Shown: positions 10,493 through 21,485 of the stretch, one piece after another
How positions within the stretch are numbered: the stretch's first letter is position 1
How the letters are laid out: every line of letters starts with the position of its first letter
Source of the DNA: Lobosporangium transversale
Taxonomy: Eukaryota
Direction: 5' to 3'
Length of the DNA stretch: 56,187 nt
Assembly (NCBI RefSeq): GCF_002105155.1
Contig: NW_019029008.1
Coordinates: 434,001-490,187 of the forward strand
The notes under the pieces: model-generated
What the model saw: the letters and a program-made list of their open reading frames with translations, nothing else
Told to the model about the DNA's origin: nothing
The model's database searches: none
Program-made: the position numbers and the translations under genes

Positions 10493-13400
10493 ATGTCAAC
10501 TATCATCAGAGCAAGGACTTGGTTCAAGTCTAAGAAACAACACAAGAACCAACAGAAACGACATCCTCAGCATTCATCTACATATTCCGCCCCATCCATC
10601 TCATCTCCCTCGCCTGCTGCATCCACACTTTCGCCTCCATCTTCAGCCTCGGCCTCTGCCACTTCTGACTCCCCCTCTTTGAGCTATTCTCATCCTCATC
10701 CTCATTCCCATTCCCGCTCTTGTTTAGGGTCAGAATCACGGTCAGGATCAGGGTCAGGGTCAGGGTCAGGGTCAGGGTCAGGGTCAGGGTCAGGGTCAGG
10801 GTCAGAGTCAGGGACTGGTCCAGTTCTTGAAGATCCACAACAATCAGCCTATATGACCACAGCATCTAAAGCCATGCCACACTATTTCTCCACTTGTTCT
10901 TTTCCTTCTTCCCCTTCATTTCCAACCACCTCCTTGAATCCACCTGTGAACACCACCACTGATACCACTGAAAACAACACCGAAATGTTCAATAGCGAGT
11001 CTCTAATAGAGAGCGTAAAAGCTACAACAAAAACAACTGCAGTTACTGCAACTGCAACACCAAATTCAACAGCAACTAGAAAATCAATGAATTCCACTTT
11101 TTATCCTACTACAACTACTTCCTCTCCATCACCTACTTCTTCTTTTGCACGTAACTATAACAGCTATAACAATTACAACTACAACTACAATTACATCTAC
11201 ACCAATAATAATAACAGCCTCTTCATGTCAGCTGACACTCAACCAATATCTACAACGTTTCCAAATGAGAGACAAGTGTTTCATCACTCATTGCCACCAC
11301 ATCAACAAATAGAGTATCAATCCCAACTTCAATATAAACAGCAATATGAACAACAGCGGTTTGTAGAACCAATGGAGCTGTTTACAGAAATGAATTCCCA
11401 TTATCGGAAAAGTCCACCGATGCCACCGATCTCGATTAAAATCCCTGGTCAACAAGCTCCCTTGCAGATCCGAGGAAGTCTTGCCATCTCTAGTCTCCAA
11501 CGGCAACAACAGCAAATTCAACAACAGCAACAACGATTAAAAGCAAAAGAAAAAGAAAAAGAAAGACTTCAGCAACAACAGTCATTATTAAAGCCCGACT
11601 CGAATAAATATTTCATAAGAGGAGGTGTAACAGCATCTTCGGCTTCAACTTCAAGATCAAGCTCTATGATCGGATATAGGTTACTCAGAGGTCTTTCAAC
11701 ACGATTCCATCCTCATCAAGATCATTCAACAACAGAACCCATTCCTGTTGTAGAGACTGTGGTAAGCATATATTTTATATTTTTATCTTTTTTTTTTTTT
11801 TTTTTTTTTTTTTTCTTTGCCCTCTCATTTTTGACTATTAGACGATAGACTATGATAATTTGCATTATTTGCATTCATATTATCTGAGTAATATAAAGGG
11901 ATGGGAAATACAAAAAGAAAGAAGAGGGGGGGAGATGTGCAACTTTTGGAGGGATTGCGATACTGCCATTCATGATGTGGCATGGCATAGGAAGGTTGAA
12001 ATTTGAATTTATTTAAAGCTGTGTGGGTTATATTGTTGATTTCGTAATTTACTTTGGTCTGGAAGGTTTACTGGCAAAATTGCAGAAAAAGGGTGTACTT
12101 TTGATGTTTATATTTACGTTCATGTTTGATTGCGATTGAAGGAGAAAAGGAAACCAGGGGTGTTGACAGAAAGAAAGCGAGTGAGTGAGTGTCCGGTGAC
12201 GATGACTATGATGACGATCAAACACGATAAGAAGCATAATGACGATATGTGGGTGTGAATAACTACTGGCTAGTAGAGGAGATAACAGGTAGGAATTTGT
12301 GGCAACTGACTCTGTTCGACTTATTTAGTAGCTCGGAAATAAGGGAAGGAGGTGATCGGGGATATAGGTACAGAGAGGGAAGCAACCTCAAGTTTGTATG
12401 TGTTCGTCAATGTGCAGGAGAAGAGGGAGAAAGCAGAGGGGGGAATCTTGGGGGCGAAGGAAAAATAAAAAATAAAAAAAAGAGCCTTATGGGTGAGTGT
12501 TGCAGGGGACACGGTTCACAGGTTCGTAAGTTCAAAGCGCTGCATGCACATGCACATTTTTTTTTTCTTTCCACATTGGGAGGAGGTAACTTTTGTCGAG
12601 AGAAAGGGGGGCCAGGTAGAAAGCGCGCGCAAAAACAATTGTACACTTTGTGTCACCCTGGACTATCACAGACAAGGAAGCAAAGCAAGGGATTGAAGTG
12701 GGACGTGGAAGGATAGGAGGGTCAAAGGGAGAAGAGGAACCATGGAAGAAAAGAGGCAAAAGGGAAAAAAGGGGGGTGGGGAAGGAAGGATGGGTGAGGG
12801 AAGGAGAAAGGGGAGAAGAGGGGTGCAGGCAAAAGGGATTCTGTTGGATCGGTGGGTGGATCTTTCTGTTTCATCTTCCACCACTTTTGAAGAAAACAGT
12901 GCTCGAAGCTGTGTACGCTAGAGCCATGTTCATGATCCATCTCTCTCACTTTCTCTTTCTTCGTCCCGCTTTTTCTTTTGTTTCTTGGTCCTCTTTCCGA
13001 TTATTCTTGATATCGTCATTGTACACCTCCTTGTTCCTTTTTGCTCTCTTTTTTTCTTTTTTTTTCTTTTTTGTTTTTTGCTTTCTTTTTGTTTTTGCTA
13101 CAAACAAACTCAATCTCTTACGCTTTTTATTTTCTCTCGTTTGTTATTGGATAACCGATGATCTTCCAGGCCCAAGAATATGCAAGAACCATCAAGTCCC
13201 TGTGGCAGATGGTTGAAGACGAAGAGCTCGCCTATCAGATTGATGCAGCTGCAACGGCGGCTCGTCAACAACAACTACGGATAGAGCAACAATGTCAGGC
13301 TCAGATGGCAACAGCCTCTTCGTTGACTACATCTGCCAAGACTCGTCATAACTTCATCTCCTTCCCTTTGCATCCACTGCACTCTTCAAAGCCAGAACTC

Positions 13401-14501
13401 CTTACATCTGTATCTTCATCTCCATTCTTTCCTTCTTCCATTCCCTCTTCTCGTTCCTCTTCTTCCACTTCGTCTCCAATCTCATCTAACCATTCCTCCC
13501 CTCGCCCACATCCTGATCGTGTCAATACCCAAGACAGTGACAACGACAAAGCCTCAACAATTGATCCCGAAAGACGAATCTGTCGCGAACCTTGCTGTAT
13601 TCTAACCAAGCCTAACAGTGATATCAATAGTGGTAACAAGACGCTGTCAAGTCCTTTACAGAGACAAAGACAGACAATGCAGCCACAGCTCGACTCGACC
13701 AGTGATGACTATCCTTCCTGGTCATGGAATCGACCTTCGCCTCTGATTCATGCCTCCAACATTAGCAACTATGACGCTACTTCATACCTCCCTGGCGCCG
13801 GTGATGGTGGTGACAGTGATGATGAGTCCAACTCTGATGAAGGCCGTGAACGTAAGAGACGCGAGCTTGAAGAATTGGAACGTGAGCTCATGGTCCTGGG
13901 TCTCCAGGGCTATCAAGATGCGTCTGATGGTTTTGAGCTAGAGGTGCAGCAGGCGCAGCACGCACCACAATTGCCAGGAGCTTCCCCTGCACAACAACAA
14001 CAGCAACAACAACAGCAACAACAACAGCAACAACAGCAACAACAGACAACCGCTGCAGTATCAAAGTCAGTCTCCCAGGCACAGTCGTCTATGCAGCGGC
14101 CATATCAACGCCGACGACAGAATAGCCTTACATACGAGGAGCGCCGTCTTCAACAAGATACCCGCTGGCAACAGCAGATTACCAAACCGATGTCTCCTAC
14201 TTCATATAAGGGTCCAAAGACAATTAATTACCTTGACGGGATTGAATTGGATGAAGACTCTGACGAGAACGAAGACACTGTTGTTCTAGCTGTAGCTCAC
14301 CGAGTCTCTGTCCGTCACCATGCAGACTGGTCCCTGCAGCAGATGGGGGAGCGCCAGCAGGTGGCCTCGTGGGATGTGACCCGAGGTGTTTCCTGGACGC
14401 CCATGCCACGAACTCAACCACAGCTACAGCAGCAACAGAGAAAATTAGCTCCCAAGTACTCTGAGGGACCCATCACTTCGGGTATGATTAGTGCACGCTA
14501 A
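10493..14501 (+). CDS. Hypothetical low-complexity (S/T/Q-rich) protein, ~866 aa; two exons 10493-11761 and 13170-14501
   Basis: ORFs 10493.. and 13158.. join in phase 0 via donor GTAAGC at 11762 and acceptor CAG at 13167-13169 after a long polypyrimidine tract (ETV|AQEYARTIKSLWQMVEDEE); no domain recognised. Confidence 0.7.
10742..10812 (+). repeat. Coding hexamer repeat (TCAGGG)n encoding Ser-Gly
   Basis: About 10 tandem TCAGGG units in frame. Confidence 0.95.
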
Positions 14502-15158
14502 TCTACCCTGGCTCTCTTTTTATTTTCTTTCTTTCCCTTCCACATGTACTTTCTCACTTGTTCATTAGTTCATTTGTGTATAATTTCCCTCTTCCCCCCC
14601 CTTCTTTCGTTTATTACAACGAAAACGACAAAAAAAAAAAAAAAAAAAAAAAAAAAAACAAAAGACAAAAAATATCTTCACGAAAAAAAGGCCAATCAAT
14701 TTCTTTTACATTTACATGCTATTCAATTGTATTTTATGTTCTTATGTCAACAACATTTTTAACGACCTCCCCACTCCTTCTCAACCTAACGAAACTCTAT
14801 TGAAGTTTATGGTTATGTTAATAAAGAAAAAGAAAAAAAATGAATTACTTTAATGCATCCCTTATTTTGAGAAAGAAAAAAAATAAGTTCAAAGCATAAA
14901 TACGCCGTTAATGTTGATGTGTTGATGGCTTTTAAATCCTAACGACTAGTTAAAGACACGACTTGTTGGGTTGTTTTTCCACAAACCCTAACGTCACGTG
15001 CGTAATTGACACAACCTCTTTTTAAAATGATCATGCTCTCATCTCTTGACTCTTTCGAATGTATTTGAGGGTAGAGAGTACTACTTCAGAAGGTACACAT
15101 TCTATTGGAAAGCTTCTTTCTCCTTTGAACAATTATAAAGAGTCATTCCTCTCTATTT

Positions 15159-15192
<34 letters not shown>

Positions 15193-15402
15193 CCTCATTA
15201 CATGAAGAAACATAAGACATTAGGCAAGTATTACAAATAGTAATAGGGGTAGTAAGCGAGCGTATATGTTTGATAAATCTAGTGTTCTTTTTTGTGAATA
15301 GTTTTTTCGTCTTTATTAAAAGGAACTTTTGCAAAAGTTCTAATTATCGAAATAAAATCTGTACAATTTTGGACTAGAAGACTCCTTCCCCTCCTTTTTT
15401 TT

Positions 15403-16665
15403 TTAACCAGACTGGTAGAGAGCAGGGCCTGCAACGATATGCTGGTTCAACTCGGTCAAATTGGCGGGTGTGACAAAGACATCTTCATCAACAAGTGCAA
15501 CAAATACAGTTCCGTTGATGATTGGATGACCCTCAGTGGTGAGACCGGGGTACAATTCTGGGACATAGGGCTGCTTTGTAGTGGCCTTTCCGACCTTGAA
15601 CTCATCACCGTTAGGCTCCGACCATTCGACATCGTCCAGTGGTGTGTAGGTAACATTCAATTGACTGATCCATGCAGCAAACTTGGGCTGTCCAGCGTTG
15701 GTGCTAGTCGTGTATTGGTCATCAGGTCCGATCTTCTTGCCAGGCTTCTCAAACTCAAACTCGACTACACGACCACCCTCACTCAAAGGTGGGCGGTCAG
15801 TTGAGATTGCAGGGCCAAATCTTGGGTCTGTGCTGTTGGGGTTATTGGTAATGAACAATCCAGGGAAGACTTGCCAGATCAGAGGGTGCTTATTATTAAT
15901 TTCGGGGCAAGAGACAATGTAGGGAACTTGAAGGGTCCATTGCATACTCTGGGTGATACCGGTTTGGAACCAGACTGGCATTGGGAAGAGACCCTCGAAC
16001 TGGCGGAAAACCATCTGCTGACGTGCTTCTGTAGTAACTGTTTGCAACAGCAGCTGTGCTGATGGACGCGAATTCAAGTGTTCGATAAAGCCAATGACAC
16101 CAGCCTCACCAATACGTGTCACCAACTTGCTGAAGCGGACAAACTCCTTGACAGTCTCGAACGGCCATTTGTAGGTGCAGGGCTTGGCCGCAGCAGGGCC
16201 GAGCATGTTGTAGATGTTAGTAGCGTGGCCGACCTCTTGATCTGCCATGTAAGCGACAAGTTCTCGATCAGCCTTGCTCAATCCCGCATCCTCAAAATCT
16301 TTGAGCGAGAACTTCTCTAGCGCGTACCGGAACAAATCAAGCTCAATCCATTCAGTGTAAAGAGCAATGCTGAGTGACTGGTAGTCAAAATCTGAGAGTG
16401 GATGGTACACAGGGGGCTCATCCAACCCGAGACCGCCGGCAGGAGTGTGAGGCTTTGGGGGCTCCTCATGAAGCTCACCATTGGAGACATAGCCCTTGTT
16501 TTCAGGGTATGGCGCAGTGATGTTGTTGGCATCAATTGGCTTCTCGTGAATGGACCTATTAGGGGCTTCTGGTGGGACGTCAGACCTAAAGACGCTCATA
16601 GGAGCGGCATTGATAAAGCTTAGGGCCAAGAGGGCGAGTGGAATAAGGTTGAACTTCGACCTCAT
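15403..16665 (-). CDS. Secreted Rds1-like stress protein, ferritin-like domain, ~420 aa, intronless
   Basis: Signal peptide MRSKFNLIPLALLALSFINAAP; motifs DFDYQSLSIALYTEWIELDLF, ADQEVGHA, TTEARQQMVFRQFEGLFPMPVWF typical of fungal Rds1/Ferritin_2; TATATAA on minus strand at ~16784-16790 favours the ATG at 16665. Confidence 0.85.
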   Translation of the reverse strand: MRSKFNLIPLALLALSFINAAPMSVFRSDVPPEAPNRSIHEKPIDANNITAPYPENKGYVSNGELHEEPPKPHTPAGGLGLDEPPVYHPLSDFDYQSLSIALYTEWIELDLFRYALEKFSLKDFEDAGLSKADRELVAYMADQEVGHATNIYNMLGPAAAKPCTYKWPFETVKEFVRFSKLVTRIGEAGVIGFIEHLNSRPSAQLLLQTVTTEARQQMVFRQFEGLFPMPVWFQTGITQSMQWTLQVPYIVSCPEINNKHPLIWQVFPGLFITNNPNSTDPRFGPAISTDRPPLSEGGRVVEFEFEKPGKKIGPDDQYTTSTNAGQPKFAAWISQLNVTYTPLDDVEWSEPNGDEFKVGKATTKQPYVPELYPGLTTEGHPIINGTVFVALVDEDVFVTPANLTELNQHIVAGPALYQSG

Positions 16666-19307
16666 GTTGGTAGATCTGGAGTTCGAGGGGATAGGAGGGG
16701 GTAGGCAAATGCTAGATGTAATGTGAATGATGAAGAGTAAAAAAAAAAAAAAAAAACTCTTTGGGAAGGGCAAGTTACTACCCTTATATAGGATATACAA
16801 GGTGTCTACCTCCTACCTACTTTCTCAATCATTTGCAATCAGTGTGGCATCACCACTATGAAAGATTCACACGTCACCCCTGTTCCTGAAATAAACTCCA
16901 CCCTTTAGCAAAGCAAGCATCCATGGTCACTCTTTCTGCACAAACTATCCAGATTTCTTTATCGCTTGCGTGCATCGCATGGTACCATGCGCGTAAGGGT
17001 TGTGGTCAAAGTTAATCTTAATACCCGAGCCTATCTTGGGACGCCAATCTGAGTTTGAACAAAGTCTCAATAGCGATATTTAGTATCATAGTAATCAAAG
17101 ATATTTTTATATGAGACATGGCGACGTATAGCGCGAGCCAGAATGTTTTATTTTTTTATTCTAAAGTGTCAACGTTTTCTATAAATTGCGGAATGAGTGC
17201 ATGGATACTTACATCAGTACCGTGCGATAAAATGCTCACTAAACTTCCCCAGTATAGCATTTGAAATGCGTTACTGACCTGCATAGACCCTATACTGATC
17301 AGTTTGCAATTATGACATCAACTTGATGTTCCACACTTGCTCTCACAGCGGTTTTCCCTTTCTCTCTTTTTTTAAAAAGTGAGCATGATGAAAAGTTGCG
17401 CAGGTTATAATGAATATGAATACATATAACGTTAGAAGGAATAGGCGTGAGAAGAGGGATAATGCATGCGCGATCGAAATCTAAAAAGAAGTACCAATAG
17501 AATGCCTTATAAATGATGTCTGATCTACGTGATTGTCACTTTTTTTTTAGTCTACAGCCTATTCGCATAATATGTAATAAAATAGACCGGTCGGTCAATT
17601 AAAACTAGTGTTTGTATATATATTACTTTTATGTTGTAAAATACTGTTCAATCTCGTTTGGTGCCATGTATGATGTTTTGAGATTGGAGCGACATAAATA
17701 GGAGATCCCTTATCATTCCTTTTTGAGGACATGAAAGGAGCACTTTATTGACTGCTCATAGTTTTTCCTAAAATAGCCTTTCAGGGTTCAGAATCTTACT
17801 GTCCAAATTTCACTACTCTTTTGTTCGGGAACACCTCAGATAGTATAGTCAGTATTTAATAGTAGTGACAATAATAACATTAATCATAATGTTATTTGTA
17901 AAAGAGAACGATTGCATCCTAAATTTGAAAATAAGATGTCATATAGCATAATTCCCTATTGATGATTTTTACAGTGGACCAAAGTATACAAGAAAAAGAG
18001 GAGTACAGTCTGTGGATCACTGGCAAAAATTGTTCACGTCGTTGTAACGTAATCTAATCGGTGGTAATACAAATATTTTTGCCGGAAATATTTGCTAGTC
18101 ACAATCCAAACAGACCTTCTATAAATATATAAATATATCATCACCCTAGGAATGCAGACGCGTTTCTCTCAAGCCTTCGAAGTGAGAGGTTACCCTAGGC
18201 TCGTAACCAACCTAAGATTATCCTCTTTTCATTATTCCAAAAAAAGAAAAAAACAGTAGCAGGCATTGGTGGGCAATGAGGCAAGGAGTGTTTGGAGGTT
18301 AGAGATTGAACCAATTGTGGTCTGCACAGAGGTCAATGCAGACTAAAAAAAAAAAACTTTCGAATGATAGACATTGCAACATCACTTTACAAGCTACTTG
18401 ACAAGCAATCGTAGTGGGCGAGCTTGGACAGCAAGTAGAATATTCATGTTAATAAAACGATTCCAACTCCCTTATGTTTCTTTCAAAGTTTACGCATCCA
18501 CACCCTTTTATTTCCATTATCTTACTAAGGCCTATCGCTCTCAGCAGATTACTTTAATAATACTGTAATATATAATAATAATAATAAAAGTATCTGAAGC
18601 ATAGGAAAGGGTTCGATCAAAGGTTTGGATGCCTCATCTAATAATCAGTCCCGTGCTTTACAAACTTAGAATACCTGCAAGTTTTAAAGTTGTGGAGTGG
18701 ATGGCACCCAGCAGCAGCCAAGTTTACACAGAGAATAACATCAATATCGAGCTGCACTTAGTCGGGTACACAGGAAAATATTGTTTCCGGAGGTTCACAT
18801 GCCAGAATAACTAATTTTGTACCATGAAGGGATAGGATATTCAAATCTTTAATAGAAGTCTTTTGTTGATGATTTATGATCGGTGCTCTTGTTTTTTATA
18901 GTTCATGATGCTTCATTATATTCTCTAGATCAATATCTTTTTCTCCATCCGCATCTTTTTTATTGCACTGTATATAAAATCATGACCACCAACGTTTCTT
19001 TTTGACAAAAAAAAAAAAGCTTCAGCATAATGTAAGACTTACATAGCAGTGATTCTTTTCGAAATAAATGGAAGATTTTAAGGATTCAGTCAACGTATCT
19101 AGTCCATGAAAGTCCACTTATAGCAAAGTTTGATACAGACGTATACGCTTTTTTTGAATTAAATTAGTGGCTGATTCACTTGCAAGCAAGCAAGCTAATA
19201 GGCTGCCAGTAAACAGTACATGAAACGGGCCATTACAACCACAGCCACCACAGCACTCAGTTGTTTCACGAAGTGTACGTACATAATGTTGACGTTTTGT
19301 TTTCAGC

Positions 19308-19316
19308 AATATAAAG
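19308..19316 (+). promoter_or_regulatory. Candidate TATA box for the 19429 gene
   Basis: AATATAAAG ~115 bp upstream of the ATG, followed by a pyrimidine-rich leader and A at -3 (AAACCAAG-ATG). Confidence 0.45.
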
Positions 19317-19428
19317 ACGAGCCTTCGAAAGGAATTGATCAGCTCTTGTACCAACTTTTTCATACCACCAACCCAAACTTATCTCTTGCTTTTTCCCTTC
19401 ATTTTCACTTTAATTCATTTAAACCAAG

Positions 19429-19773
19429 ATGTCTCATACTCTTACGATTGACGGCAGAACCTCGATTCAATTTGAATCTGTCTCTGGGCTGGACGCTTCT
19501 GCACTCGAGACAAAGCCATACATCCACTTACACAAAGGTCGCGGCACCGCCACCTCTGAGCTTCTCGAATGGATGGCGTCGGATACTGTCAAGGCTACAC
19601 CAAAGAACGTCACCATCAGCTCTCCTAACCAGTTGACCGGAGGCCAGCAGGTATGGACACTTACGGAGGCCAAGCCAGTCCTTGTTTCGGGCCAGGGTGT
19701 CAATCAGAATACGAATGAATTCGCAGTTGAAGATCTGAGACTGTCTGTTGCGGATATGAAGCCTCAGCAATAA
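19429..19773 (+). CDS. Phage/contractile-injection-system tail tube-like protein (T4 gp19/Afp1/Afp5 family), 114 aa, intronless
   Basis: Collinear motifs IDG...F.SVSGL, I.L.KG....ELLEW, KNVTI, W.L.EA.P...SG...N..TNE.AVE.L.L match the gp19-family pattern IDG...F.E.SGL, ITLKRG....ELW.W, RK..SI, W....AWP...GP.LNA.SNEVAIE.L.L. Confidence 0.8.
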   Translation: MSHTLTIDGRTSIQFESVSGLDASALETKPYIHLHKGRGTATSELLEWMASDTVKATPKNVTISSPNQLTGGQQVWTLTEAKPVLVSGQGVNQNTNEFAVEDLRLSVADMKPQQ

Positions 19774-20305
19774 GCATAAAAAAAAAGCCAAGAAATGATG
19801 GAAGGAGGAAGAGAGAAAGAGGGATCCTCATTTTTTCTCCCTCTATTTCATAAGGCATGTACATATACATACGAACCTCGAGTCTTTCTTCATGGATCAA
19901 GATCTCGAAGTTGTCATCTATTCATTGAAAAAAATAAAAAATAAAAAATAAATAAAAAAAATAATTAAACAAAAATTAGTACAGGTCTGTTTTGAGTTTT
20001 TTTTTTATTCTGATGTATGATCCTTCTAAAACTGGTGGAGTGGAGTAGAGTGAGGCCAGGTGTTGGTAGGTAGGGGTTATAGGATAGGGCTCAAGGGAGG
20101 TAATTTCATCCCAATAGACACTTTTCGAAGCCCCCCGTTTTTCCTTCGAGACCTGCTAACAACCCTTATCGAAGAAAAGTTAAAAGTTTGACCTTTGACC
20201 TTTTACGTTTTTGCGTTTTGGAAAAAAAGCATAGATTTATTTGTTACACAACTAAACTAAATTCAGTTCACAGAGAGAAATGATCTTTAGCTTTTGCCCT
20301 TTCCG

Positions 20306-20341
<36 letters not shown>

Positions 20342-20349
20342 GACGCAGA

Positions 20350-20880
20350 GACCCAAGGATTCGGCTCATTTTTTTTTGATGTTTGCATCAGATTTGTGAG
20401 GTGGAGCCAGAAGCGCTTGAAATCCAAATAATACAGTTTCATTCTCTTTCTTGCAGTAGCTTGGACTCCATGAACCAATACACCTTTGAGGAAAGGGAGT
20501 TCACAGCCATCTTTTGTCAACGCTTTGATATTATAAGTCCATATGTCTTTCAGATCATGCACCAGCTTGTAGTGATTGAGGAATGGTTTATTGGCATCTT
20601 TTATGCCAGGTTAGCATACTCAAACGAGACAAGCTGTAATTTTCCACGGGATACAATAAGCATCAGCTTGGTGATTATATTGGCTTTTCTATCACAGATG
20701 CTCTGTTGATGTTTTTTCTTCACTAGAGTCTTTGCGACACCTGATACTTGGAGCTTGGTAGGATGCTGATCAACACCATTCTATAGACCCATTTTCTAGC
20801 CCTTCTTGTCCTCAATGAAATAGTGAGTCAGCCAACGCTCAAGTACCGCCGTCTGTGCCAGGTTCAGTTAATTGAAAGCA
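20350..20880 (-). pseudogene. Decayed fragment of a PD-(D/E)XK/REase-like gene of the type expanded in early-diverging fungi
   Basis: Interrupted translation ...DRKANIITKLMLIVSRGKLQLVSFEYA...KLVHDLKDIWTYN...VHGVQAT.RMKLYYLDF with several stops/frameshifts. Confidence 0.3.
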
Positions 20881-20929
20881 TCCCTTGGTCGAAGTTAGTT
20901 CAATTATCCGTAGACACAGAATCGTAGAC

Positions 20930-21301
20930 CGTTGTCGCCTTCTGCCGCTCCACTCAATGTCGGTATTTGAGGCTAGGCTAGTGCACTGCTTTCTGATTGA
21001 CAACCAAGTTGTAAAACTTTGACCGTCTGGGTCGCCGTATTAGTGCGCTCATTACTTGGCAACAACGCGCTCTCTCCGACGTACGAAAGGCTGTCCCAAA
21101 TCTAGACTTAAAGCCTTGAATTATTCTGACTCACAGTTCCAAAGGTCAGTGATATCTCGTTTAGTTCTCACAACGTTCTTTATCTCGGTCAAGTAATAAT
21201 CTGTACCACCAAGAGTAGAGTTGATTCTGGAAGGTAACCGTCAACTGCGGCCGTGTAATATCCAGAGCGGTGAGTACGTCTGCAAGCTTGTACACCAAAA
21301 T
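20930..21301 (-). pseudogene. Fragment of a Fanzor/TnpB-like nuclease gene (Mortierella-type), RuvC-I region
   Basis: Minus-strand translation ILVYKLADV..RLPSRINSTLGGTDYYLTEIKNVVRTKRDITDLW..*FKALSLDLGQPFV..FYNLVVNQKAVH*PSLKYRH*VERQK; multiple stops and frameshifts. Confidence 0.6.
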
Positions 21302-21485
21302 GCGGTCTCTCGAGATAGGACGTCAAATCGTTGAGATGCTCTTGTTTGCGAACGTATCGCTGTCTCGAAACATAACTACATCCTCTATCCAGTCAACTAA
21401 ATAAAGTTCAAATACATATGGGAAACTTTTTCTTCAATCTCTTTCTTTTCCGTTTTCCACATATAAACAGCTAGAGTAAACCACC

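Noticed and set aside
10742..10812. (TCAGGG)n as an interstitial telomere
   Set aside because: In-frame Ser-Gly coding repeat, not TTAGGG
16666..16800. N-terminal 45 aa of the 465-aa ORF call
   Set aside because: Runs through the TATA box and a poly-T tract; the signal peptide begins at the ATG at 16665
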